Shown: piece by piece, positions 22,501-32,977 of the stretch | How the letters are laid out: every line of letters starts with the position of its first letter | Numbering within the stretch: position 1 is the stretch's first letter | DNA from: Saprolegnia diclina VS20 | Taxonomy: Eukaryota | Direction of reading: 5' to 3' | Assembly (NCBI RefSeq): GCF_000281045.1 | Contig: NW_008246151.1 | Span: 1-40,446, forward strand | DNA: 40,446 bases | The notes under the pieces: model-generated | Databases searched by the model: none | What the model was told of the DNA's origin: nothing | What the model saw: only the letters and a program-made list of their open reading frames with translations | Position numbers and translations under genes: made by a program

Positions 22501-23647
22501 CTAGCTCTCGTCGAGAATGTCCTTCATAATGTCCTCGTCGATGTCATCTATTACTAACCTAAACCCATCGAGATCAGTCAGCATCCCACGTAGACGCAGC
22601 GCGTGTACCTGTCGGCGGCGCGGACGGGCGGCGACAACCGTGCTTGTACCGGCGGTGACGGCCGGGCTTGTGCTTGTACCGGCGGTTCTGTGCTGCGCGG
22701 GCTCCGGACTTCGACCATTTTGAGCGGCGGCCGAGCCACCTCAAAGTCGTCGTTGAAGAACTCGTCCGTGACGTCGTCGAGGTTGAGATCGCTCTGGACG
22801 CGCGGCAGCGGCGCTTCGACCTCGGCCTTGGGGGTCTGCGAGAAGACATCAGTCAGGGAATATTGCTCTGTCGTAAGCGCAGTACATGGGTGCGGGTGGA
22901 CGACTGCGGTGTCGACACTGGCACGGGGGGTACCTGCGACTCGTCTTGCGCGGCGTGGGGCACCTCGATTGCCGGCATCTTGTCGATTGTCTTGAGTCCT
23001 TTCAGGTCGATTGGGGCCAAGACGCGCGCCGAGTGGTGCCGAATCGGCGGCTCCACGTCGGCCTCGACCACGGCGGCCGCCTTGACCCGGGACTTGCGCT
23101 TCATCTTGGCCAGCGGCGAGTCTTTCTTCTTCTTCGTTTCAGTCTCGTCGTCCTTGTCTGGTTTCACAGGCTTGTCTGGTTTGGCGGGCTTTTCTGGCTT
23201 GGAGGCTTTGCCAGGCTTTCTGTGGACAGCTGGCGACTCTTCAAAGAGGACTTCCTCGTGGTGGTGATGGTGGTGGTTGTGGGGCAACTGCTTCTTGCTC
23301 GGCTTCTTTGTTTCCTCGACCTCGTCGTCGTCATCCTCGTCCTCATCCGAGCTCTCGTCCGAGCTAAAGTCAAACTCGGCCGGGTCGCCGTCCTTGGCAC
23401 TCGCCTTCTTCTGCGTCTTCTTCTTCTTCAGTGCTGCCTTCTTGTCCGGCTTTTTGTGGTGCTTCTTGTGCCGTGTCGTGATCTGGTTCTTCGCCGCCGC
23501 CGACTCGACGAGGCGCGCTGTGGACGCCGCCGAGAGCCGCCGATCGGCTTTGACCAAGTTGCGCTCCGAGCCCGCGTCGGCCACGTCGAAGGGCACGACG
23601 TCGTTCTCCTTGGTCAACGACAGCGGCTTGGCCGCCTTGTTGCCCAT
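22501..23647 (-). CDS. Lys-rich, charged, disordered hypothetical protein, 3 exons
   Basis: ATG at 23647 (MGNKAAK). Poly-Lys, acidic and His6 tracts. Two GT-AG introns lead to ..DLNLDDVTDEFFNDDFE.. and the terminal LVIDDIDEDIMKDILDES*. Confidence 0.7.
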
Positions 23648-23723
23648 CGCGCAGGGGTTATACAAAGCTAAAATTAGGAAAAAGGCTGTTAGATAAGTTA
23701 TTCGTGTTTAAACTACTATGGTA

Positions 23724-24164
23724 CTATGCTTGCAACGCCGCGGCCTTGAGAAAGTGCAGCGTCTGCGCTTCGACGAGGTCGACGTCGGGCGTGTCGAAGC
23801 GCTCGCAGAGCTTGACGAGGTTCAGAAGGTAGTGCTCGAGCTCGCCGCACATGCCCTTGATGACGAGCATCTCGGTCTTCTTGAAGAGCGGCTCCTTTGG
23901 ACACGGCAGCGACGAGAGCGCCTTGGTGAACTCGGTGCAGTGCTGCTTGGCGATCGAGAGGAGCTGCGCGTGCAGCTGCAGAATGTCGTCCATGGCGGTC
24001 TGCGAGACCCACACTTCGTCGGCGACGCGGACCTTGATGTGGTAGAGGACTTGGAGGCTGGAGAGGAAGGTGCCTCGCCGCTTGACGACGCTCGTGCCGC
24101 GAACGCAGCAGCGCAGCGACTGCTTCTCGGACGACGACAGCGAGGACCGCAAGAGAGGAAGCAT
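23724..24164 (-). CDS. Small PX (Phox homology)-like domain protein
   Basis: The order of elements is PX-like: VLYHIKVRV..WV..DILQLHAQL..LPCPKEPLF..LEHYLLNLV..HFL. GC3-biased codons. Confidence 0.6.
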   Translation of the reverse strand: MLPLLRSSLSSSEKQSLRCCVRGTSVVKRRGTFLSSLQVLYHIKVRVADEVWVSQTAMDDILQLHAQLLSIAKQHCTEFTKALSSLPCPKEPLFKKTEMLVIKGMCGELEHYLLNLVKLCERFDTPDVDLVEAQTLHFLKAAALQA

Positions 24165-24877
24165 CGAATGCGAGGTGAATACAAATGTGCACATATTTCC
24201 CGTCACATTATTCCGCACGAGATGTGGCGCGCGTCTTGGTTGGCCGGCGCTCAACCCGCGCGCTTTCGAGACGCGAAAATGCATATTTCGGAATTTATTC
24301 TACTGGATATTTGTATAGTACCGTGTCGGCATAGATTAAGGAAGGTTAAAATTGCATATTTTTGTGCGAGCGAGGGCTGTCGCAGGCGCCGGCAGTAACA
24401 CGACTCGCCGATGTGGCATCTGCGCCGTGACCACACAGTGGCGTCGACGTCTGGGTGAGATGCCAGCTACACCGTCGGTTCTGGGATGCGGCGCGAGTCG
24501 AAGGATTGTGTGGCCATTGGCGCTCTACTGCATAGTGTATTATTAAAAAGGAGGATCTTGGAGGGCGCGCCCGCGACAAGGCGCTGACGTGACTCCGGAC
24601 CGACACGACTCGCGCCAGAGTTACCACCGGTGCAATCCATCACCTGAGCGTACTGTGTAGTTCCGGTAGTGGCATAGTGCACTGTACTGCAAAGCTACTG
24701 TATGAAGTGCCACGTTGTACAACGAACGCCGGTAGGACAAGGGCTGGGCGGCCTTGGTGGGACCATGCATTCGCGAAGAAGCAATGTGCGAATCGAGTGC
24801 AACGGGGGTCGCATTGACTGTACAAGGTGTCTTTGACTTCTATTATTTTGGACTAGGATAAATCAGGACGCTTCGGC

Positions 24878-26068
24878 TCATGCGCTGCTCTCGTTGAACG
24901 TGATGAGCTCGGACGTGGTCTCGACGAGCGAGTCGGGGAGGTTGTCGGCGCCGAGGAGTGGTCGGAACTCGCGGTAAATCGCTTGGATAAACGCCTCGAT
25001 GTTGTCCGAGTAGCAAGTGAGGAGCATCTCGAGGAGCGACACCACTCCGCGGTTGCCGTCGTCGCTGCCCGGCGACGGCGGCGTCCCCGGCACGTGGATC
25101 GCGGGGACGTAGACCTTGCGGTACATCTTGCAGCGCGACTGGGTCTCGGTGAGGTACTCGCTCGTTATATATAAGGTCTCGCGGGACCGCAGCACGCCGC
25201 TTGTCGGCAGCGACGTCTCGTCGTCGTACATTGAGTTGATGACGACCGCAAATTGCTTGGGAAAGGTGTAGCCCTTGGCGGCAAACTCGGCGTGGATCTC
25301 GGGCAGCCCCGGCATGGTGGTGACGCGGCGGAAGAGTTGGCCCGTGCCTTCAAAGATTTCGATGGGCTCAACGTAGCCGTTGGCCGTGCGCCGGGGCTCA
25401 CGCACCGTGACGACCCGCTCGAGCGCCCTTCCCAGCAGCTTGTACGGCGCGTTGACCACCATGCTCACCGAGACGTCGAGGGCCACGTGGCAGCCGTCGT
25501 TGCGCACGACGATTTGCTTCCACGTGTCGGCCGCGTCGAGGAGCCCGTGCTTCTTGAAAACGTCGTTGAGCTGACTCACTTGGGCGTCCATGAGCTCGGT
25601 GAACTGTGCGAGGCGGCGGTGCGGCTCTTTCGAGAGCGGCGCCATGGGACCTTCAATACCAGGCATGAGCGGCCAGCTGGTCAGCGTCGGGCGCTCGGCC
25701 AAGACGCCTTGGAGGTCGGCGAGGATCGCTAGCTGCTGCGTGAGCACGTTCTTGAGCTTTGTGTTTTCGATCATCGACTCTTGGCGCTCGAGCGCCTGGC
25801 GCCGGGCAAAGCCTTCCCACACCGACTTGCTCGTGCGGTGGCGCTTGGCCTTCTCGAGACTCTCGATGCGCTCGGAGAGTTCTTGCCGCTTGCGCGTCAG
25901 GAAGGCCATCTCGTCGTTGTAGCGTGCCTTGGCGCGGTCATGGCGCAGCTTGCGGTCGCTGGGCGGCTTACCGCCGCTGCTGGCCGGCGACGTCGGCTTG
26001 GGCTCGTACGCCGGGCTCGGCGCCGGGTTGAGGAGCGAGTGCAACGAGAGCACGGCCGTCGTGTTCAT
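24878..26068 (-). CDS. bZIP-like coiled coil + START-like domain protein (oomycete M96-family-like), paralog A, intronless
   Basis: SLHSLLNP, RKLRHDRAKARYNDEMAFL, SVWEGFARRQALERQESMIENTKLK, DTWKQIVVR, LLTCYSDNIE, SLVETTSELITFN. Confidence 0.8.
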   Translation of the reverse strand: MNTTAVLSLHSLLNPAPSPAYEPKPTSPASSGGKPPSDRKLRHDRAKARYNDEMAFLTRKRQELSERIESLEKAKRHRTSKSVWEGFARRQALERQESMIENTKLKNVLTQQLAILADLQGVLAERPTLTSWPLMPGIEGPMAPLSKEPHRRLAQFTELMDAQVSQLNDVFKKHGLLDAADTWKQIVVRNDGCHVALDVSVSMVVNAPYKLLGRALERVVTVREPRRTANGYVEPIEIFEGTGQLFRRVTTMPGLPEIHAEFAAKGYTFPKQFAVVINSMYDDETSLPTSGVLRSRETLYITSEYLTETQSRCKMYRKVYVPAIHVPGTPPSPGSDDGNRGVVSLLEMLLTCYSDNIEAFIQAIYREFRPLLGADNLPDSLVETTSELITFNESSA

Positions 26069-26803
26069 CCTGCGCGGATTACGTAATGAGCTTCCAAATG
26101 GAACTCCTATCGCTGCTCCTTGCTGGCGGACCGAGCCAAATCCGCGTGCTACGGTATTACGCCGTCGTTTGGCATATAAATTGTAGCTTGCCTTTACAAG
26201 ATTGTTCCACGTTACTTGCCCGATGCTTTTACCTGGACACAAAGGGAAAGTAACGCGTTAAATGCGTACAATGTGTTGGTACAGTGAAAGGGCGTACGAA
26301 CGGGTGTCAGAACCTTGCCGGCGTGTTTACCCAAAACCTTATCTTTGCCGCGCCCACTGTGGCGCCGCATCAAGAAGAAGCTTTGCGACGTGCACCCAGC
26401 AGCTTCCAGGTGCGAATCCAACGCAGTCTAGCTCCCAGTCGCGACGTGTACGAAGCCGCGCTCGCTTTGGCCACAACGCAGGGGGGCGATCGTGTCAGCG
26501 TCCGTCCGAGGGCCGACCAACTGATTACGATGCCCCCGCCGGCGTCGAATCTGCGTCCAGATTGCCTCTCTCCCACACGCGTCGGACCTTGCTGCGACGT
26601 CGTCTCGTCGTCGAATGTATTCGATACAATCTACTTGCTTTTTGTATGCATTTTCAAAAAAAGCGCCAGGAGGTGATGGCCGGCGACCAGGCTCACCATC
26701 ACGTTGACGCGATGCTTTGTCGGTCCGAGTCGAGAGAAAGGGCAGCCATTACGCATGTGTGGTCAGCACACCATGCAATCCGCGCGCGACGCCGGCGACG
26801 AGC

Positions 26804-26864
26804 ATGCGGAGCCGACGATGACCAAGTATGCGGAGCCAGCGACGATGACCAAGTATGCGGAGCC
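26804..26864 (+). repeat. Short tandem repeat (24/27-bp units, about 2.4 copies)
   Basis: ATGCGGAGCC(AGC)GACGATGACCAAGT occurs twice, followed by a partial third copy. Confidence 0.85.
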
Positions 26865-26930
26865 GCCGCCGAAAGATCGGGCGAACCGTACACTGATGGA
26901 GACACGAGATCCAGCGCGATGAGGTGATCA

Positions 26931-28108
26931 TCATTGATAATTATGGTTGAAGGTGATTAAGTCGCCTTGGGACTCGACGAGGTCGCGCGGCGACCGCAGC
27001 ACTCGGTGCAGCGCTTTCGTCAACACCTCGATCGAGTCGCCGTAGCACGAGAGGAGCTTCTCGACAAGGTCGCCACCCGCATTCGCATCGAGCGGGATGT
27101 GCACGTGTCGGAACGACTTCCAGCGGGCGTCGCCGCCTTCGCAGCGCTCGACTGTTGTAAAGATGACGTCGCGGACGATGACCGTGTCGGGTGGCAGCGG
27201 GAAGAGGGCGTCGTGGCCAATCGCTTGCTGCACAAAGGCGTGGCCTCCGTCGACACTCCGATAGCTCTTGGTCGCAAGGTGTGTGTTGATTGCGCGCTGC
27301 CCTGGCACCGCGTACACGCGCTCAAGCAAGTGCGTAGTCGCGTCAAACGACTCGAGCAACTAGAGTGGACGTAGGACATGATGATGGTGACGAAGGAAAC
27401 GCGCACCTGCGCGGAGCCGTTGCTGACGACGCGGCGCTGGGCCGGCGCAAAGATTTCGCAGAGCGCGTCGCCGACGGCGCTGGGTGAGGCATGCACGAGG
27501 AGGTTGTACGAGATCTCGAGTGCGATCTCGTGGCGGCCCTGGCGCACGACGATCTGCTTCCACGTGTCGAGGGACGACGTCAGCCCGTGCTTTTGGTACG
27601 TCGCCGGCAGCTGCGCAAACTGCTGGTCCAAGACCGCGTGGACTGTGGCGCGGCGCGCGCTCGGGTCTAAACTGAGGCTCACGACAGCGCTCGGGTCCAA
27701 CGACGGCAGCTGCTACACATAGCGCGTCAGATCGGCGGACTTGAGTGTACCATGGCGTCGTACGAGGAGGTCGTGCCGGTCCTGCGCGAGGACGCCTTGG
27801 AGGCGCTGGAGCAGCTCCATGTGCAACTCGATCTGGTGCTTGAGCTTTGTGTTTTCGCGCAGCGCTTCTTGGTGCTCGATGACTTGGCGCCGCGCAAAGC
27901 CTTCCCAGACCGACTGCGACTTGCGCGGGCCAGCGCGCGCCGTTGTCAGCGCCTCGAGCTGCTCTGTGAGCTCGGCCAGCTTGGCGCGGAGGGATGCAAC
28001 CTCGTCGTCGTAGCGCTGCTTGGCGCGCTCGTGGCGCAGCTTGCGGTCCGAGGCCGCGGCGTCCGGGTTGAGAAGCCCCGCGATCTTGCCCTGTCGCGGC
28101 ATGGCCAC
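26931..28108 (-). CDS. bZIP-like/START-like paralog B, 3 exons
   Basis: IAGLLNP, RKLRHERAKQRY, SVWEGFARRQ, DTWKQIVVR, LLSCYGDSIE, DLVESQGDLITFN. Introns at 27713-27763 and 27360-27406. Start is ATG 28102 or GTG 28108. Confidence 0.8.
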
Positions 28109-28284
28109 ACTTGAATACTCCGGAGTAATGCCAACTGATCCGGCTCTCTCTACCAGTCACGCAGCTGGCCTGATACGGGACCAGTCCTCGGGCGCCACAA
28201 TCGTCCTCCGGGCGTCGTACACATCGCGTCAACCTTGGGTTGTACGATCGAAACAGTGTTGATCTAGTAGAGCTTATAGTTATC

Positions 28285-29375
28285 TTAGCCTTCGTACAAA
28301 AGCCATCGCAGTTGGTGGTTGTCCTGCGTTTTGGTTCGGGCGAGCGACTGCACGACGCTCTCGAGCGCATCAATGACGTTGTCCATGCTGGCCGCAAAGG
28401 ACGCCATGAGCTCGCGCTGCAGTTCTCCCAGCGCCGGCGTGTCGCGTACAGGCGGCGGCAGGCGCACGCAGCGAAACATCTTCCACTGGCAGACATCGCG
28501 GGTCGCAAACTCGAGCGCTTCGTACTTGGTCTCTGTGTACGGCACGTCGCAGTGATCGGCTTCGATCGTCTGCTCGACAAAGACAATGCGGTCGTGGAGC
28601 GCGGTGCACTTGCGCGCGAACCGCCGCCGGTACGTCTCACCAGCGACGCAGTGCACATGTTGGCCAATGTGGCACGACGCATCCAGAATTTCAAGAATCT
28701 AAAACAGTGTAATGAGCTATCGCATCTCGACGGTATCAATAAGCTTACCTCGATCGAGCGGTTCTCGACGTGGAGCGGTTGCTTGGGCGTGTAAATGCAG
28801 CTCATGGCGTCGCCCACGTCGGCGAAACCCGCGTGGACGGTGAGGCAGGTCGAGATCTCGAGCACGATATCGCCTGTCGCGGTATCGACACGCGATACGA
28901 TTTGCTTCCACGAGTCGTGCTGGCAGTCGAGCCCGTGCTTGCGGAAGGTCGACGGCAGCAGCGCGCGTTGGGCGTCGAGGCGCTCGTGCAGCGTCACGTT
29001 CGACCAGTTGCGCGGGAGCGCGACGTGGTCAAGGACGAGGTCGTCGTCCATATGTGGCATCGTCGCCGGCTCGACGACCGCGCGCAGCCGAGCAAGGACG
29101 TCGGCGTGGTGCTGCAGTACCTTCTTGAGCTGCGCGTTCTCAAAGACGGCGGCCTGGCGCTCGAGGGCCTGGCGGCGCGCAAAGCCTTCCCAGACCGACT
29201 TGCTCGAGCGGAGCTTGCGCGCGTACTCGAGTGTCTCGAGCTCCATCGTGAGCGCATACTGCTGGCGGCGCAGCGCGTCCATCTCGGTCTCGTAGCGGAC
29301 TTTGGCGAGGCGGTGGCGGCCCTTACGCTCGACCGAGCTCTGCGACGGCGTCAGCGGGTTCAAAAGCGCCTCCAT
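28285..29375 (-). CDS. bZIP-like/START-like paralog C, 2 exons
   Basis: MEALLNP, RKGRHRLAKVRY, SVWEGFARRQALERQ, DSWKQIVSR. Intron 28699-28748 restores the frame into ORF 28285-28656. Confidence 0.78.
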
Positions 29376-29560
29376 GACGCCAAATCAATTCTGTCCAATG
29401 CATCGCGAGACAGACGGCGATGTCAGATCCGGCAACCTGCTCGGTGGGACAAGCGCAACGTATCTCGCCAATGACTCAGGACGCCGCCGGCGTAGTCAAG
29501 TCGCGCTGGATCTCATCGCTGGATCTCAATAACGTAACAATGATACGGAAACCATTTTTT

Positions 29561-30808
29561 TTAGTGCGTTGGCGACAGCCTTGTCTGGTTGAGTTGAATG
29601 AGCTCGCCCGCCGGCTCGACGAGGTCCGAGTTGGGTGCGAGCCCTGCGACGCCCGGGAGCACGTCCCGCATGCGACCCATGAGGATCTCAATGTTGTCCG
29701 AGTAGCAGTGCAAGAGCAGCTCGACGAGCGCGCCGATGGGGACCGGCACCTGCGCCGTGACCGACGCCGGAATGTGCACGCGGCGCACCATCTTCCAGCG
29801 CGATTGCGTCGCATTGAGCGGCTCGGCGCTCGCGTAAATGTGCTCGCGGGACCGCAGCGCCTGCGGAGGGTACGGCACCAGGTCGTCGTCCATGACCGAC
29901 GCGAGCACAAACTTGGCGTGGTCTTCATCTAGGCGCGCGCCCCGACAAGCAAAGTGGGCGACCACTTCCGGGAGGTTGGTGATGGCAAAGATGCGCTGGA
30001 TGTAGACCGAGTGCGGATCGAATCGCTCGAGAAACTAAAAACTCGCACATTGGACTAGAGAATATGGTGCGAATGCGTACCTTGACCCGGCCGTTGCGGA
30101 CTCCCAGATCTTCAGCAGGGATGTAGATGATGGTCATGGCGTCGGCGAGGACGCGGGCGGGGACGTGCACGACCAAGCTGAAGCTCACGTCCAGCACGAC
30201 CTCGTGGGTCGCCTCGTCCATGCGCACGACGACCTGCTTCCACGTGTCGAGCGTGTCGATGAGCCCAAACTTGCGGTACGTCTCGTCGAGGCGGGCCAGC
30301 TCGAAGGTCATGACGCGCTCAAACTCGGCCGCGCGCGTCGCCGGGTCCTTTGGGAAGCGCACGATCGATGCGTCGTTCGTCGGCAGCACCGGCCACGTCT
30401 AGACCTTGATGTGAGACGGATGGCAGATCGAATGGCACGTACGAGAAGCTGCGGGCGCTGCGAGAGGACGGCTTCGAGGCCCTTGATGATCGAGAGCTGC
30501 TGCGTGAGCACGCCCTTGAGCTTGGAGTTTTCGAGCTGCGCCTCTTGGCGCTCGAGCGCTTGGCGCCGGGCGAAGCCTTCCCAGACCGACGCCGTCGACT
30601 CTGTCTTGCGCTTCTTGGAGCGCTCGAGGCCGTCGAGCTGGCCCTGGAGCTCCTTGCTCTTCACCTGGAGGTACGAGACCTCTTCCATGTACCTCGCCTT
30701 GGCGCGGTCATGGCGCCGCTTCCGGTCGTTGGGCTCCTTGGCGCCGTCGGAGCTTGTGTTGCCATCGCCGTCCTCGGTCGGGTTCAGGAGCGACTTCAAT
30801 GAGAACAT
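29561..30808 (-). CDS. bZIP-like/START-like paralog D, 3 exons
   Basis: MFSLKSLLNP, RKRRHDRAKARY, SVWEGFARRQALERQ, DTWKQVVVR, LLHCYSDNIE, DLVEPAGELIQLN. Introns at 30399-30442 and 30035-30080. Confidence 0.8.
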
Positions 30809-31405
30809 GATGGCCAAAGGGTTACTGTCGGATCATCCGGTCGCCCAATGTCAAGCCATGCGGTCCGAAACGGTCCCAAAATAGGCCATCTGGATCAGGA
30901 TAGTTCCGAAACGTCCGTGGCAAATCCAGGCTCTCGATCTGCCCGGATCACATGTCATGAGGCATCGCTCGGGGAGCACTGCTAGCATGAAGCTAGCGAC
31001 GAAAGGGGGCTATTGCATTGCTCTTGCTGTCGTTGTGGACCCTCCTGCGCTTGGAGTCAGTTATACGATCTACTAAACCGAGCGGGCTCTTAAAGCACTT
31101 TGAAACTGGCTTTGCACGACCAGAAATCCGGAATAAGCCAAATGAAGAAGCCAGCGGCGGTGCAATGGCAGGGCACAAGCAAGAGATACGTGGCGACGAC
31201 CGAGCTCTCGCTGTCGTTGTTAATCAATCGACGCGTCTAGTCGACTTGTGACTCCAAGTACGCACTTGCGAATCGACATTGGCGTGTGATTGGTCGAAAT
31301 TGCCGGATAATTCGGCAAAGACGCGCGTTTGATTGGCCGTGTTGTCGACCGCAATGCCCATTTCGCACCGACCGATTGACTAACAAGTTCGAGGAAGGAA
31401 GCTCG

Positions 31406-32898
31406 ATGGCGCTGCTAATGACATGGGGCGAGACCCGCGCCATGAACGGGCTCTTCGATGGCATGTACACGTCGTACGTCGTCCTCATCGTTGTGCTCTA
31501 CGTCGTCGTCAAGTTCGCCCTCCACGAGATCACGTACGGGACTGCAAGCGACCATCGATGGTCACCACCCTGCGTAGCCCACCGCGCAGCGAGAAGGAAG
31601 CCAGCTCGAAGCGGTCGCGCGAGATCGACAACAGCGTGCTCTACCCATACGGCGTGGCGGAGATGCAGGTGCGCTTGCCGTTGTCATCAAAGCCTTCAAG
31701 CCGCTGCGCGTAGGGCAAGCGGCCGTACATGGAAGACCGCTACGTGGCCGTGGGCACGCTCAACGGTACGCCTTGCGCGACTATGCATTGCTCGATGCCA
31801 TGGCGCCCAACGTAGGCGACGCGACGGCTTCGTTCTATGGCGTCTTTGACGGCCATGGCGGCGACGGCGCGTCCGAGTACTGCGCCGAGGTGCTCTGCAA
31901 CAACGTGATCCAAGACCCGATGTACGCCAAGTACCCGAAGGAGGCGCTGACCAAGGGCTTTCTGCGCACGGATGAGGATGTACGACGCTTGCATCAGGAA
32001 GAACCGTACTTTGACCTATTGGGCTAGTACACGCAAGTCGCCAACCGCCGCAACCGCGACGACGGCACGACCGCTGTCACGGTGCTCGCGCAGCGCGACA
32101 CGATCTACGTGGCCAACGGTGCGCCCTCTTTTCATATCTCGGAGCTGACAACGAGCGCAGTCGGTGACTCGCGGGCCGTTCTCATCAAGAAGGACGGCGA
32201 CGCCATCGCCCTCTCCAACGACCACAAGGTACGCGCCTCTCCGATCTGTGTCGTCTTAGCTGCCTGTAGCCCAACCGCCCGGACGAGCGCGAGCGCGTCA
32301 CCAACATGGGCGGCCACGTCATTTTCTGGGGCGTCTGGCGCGTCGAAGGCATCCTGGCCGTCTCTCGGTACTCTGCAAATCTGCAGTGCATTGCTGATTC
32401 GGGGACTAGAGCGATCGGTGACCGCATGCTCAAGCCCTACGTGATTGCCGAGCCCGAGATCACGGAGCACGAGCGCTGCGCCGATGACGCGTACCTCGTC
32501 CTCGCCTCGGACGGCGTGTGGTAGACGACGCCGCTGCAAGTGCCCACTGGATTCATTCTTCCTTAGGGACGTGCTCTCGAACGCCGAGGTGGCGCGCATG
32601 GTGCTGCAAGCCGACTCGATCCACGTACGTGAGCCATCTACGAGAGGCGTACATACGAGCACGATATCTGTAGCTGGCCGCCAAGACCATCATGGAGAGC
32701 GCGTATCAGCGCGGCAGCCTCGACAACATTTGCGCGATGGTGCTCGATCTGCAACCCAACGGCAGCCCTGCGCCAAAGAGCCCCAAGGTGTCGTCCGGCG
32801 GGCTCACGGAAGTGCTGCAAGCCGACGACGACGAGGACGAAGAGGACGACGCGACAATGACGGGTGCCGATGGCATGGTCACGGCGCCGCTCGACTAG
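31406..32898 (+). CDS. Protein phosphatase 2C (PPM family) with N-terminal transmembrane segment, about 10 exons
   Basis: MQ|GKRPYMEDR, FYGVFDGHGG, DGTTAV, VAN|VGDSRAVL, LSNDHK|PNRPDERER, RVEGILAVSR|AIGD, LVLASDGVW|DV, RGSLDNI. N-terminal hydrophobic stretch YVVLIVVLYVVVKFAL. Confidence 0.92.
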
Positions 32899-32977
32899 AT
32901 GAGATCGCATTACCCACTAGGTTCATATAGGAGTCGTATATTGAAGAAGAATCAAAGAGCCGCAGGACCCAATTCTC

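Noticed and set aside
27360..29375. 671-aa ORF suggesting a fusion of paralogs C and B
   Set aside because: It reads through C's 50-nt intron into the wrong frame and then crosses B out of frame. Homology to the paralogs stops at the intron.
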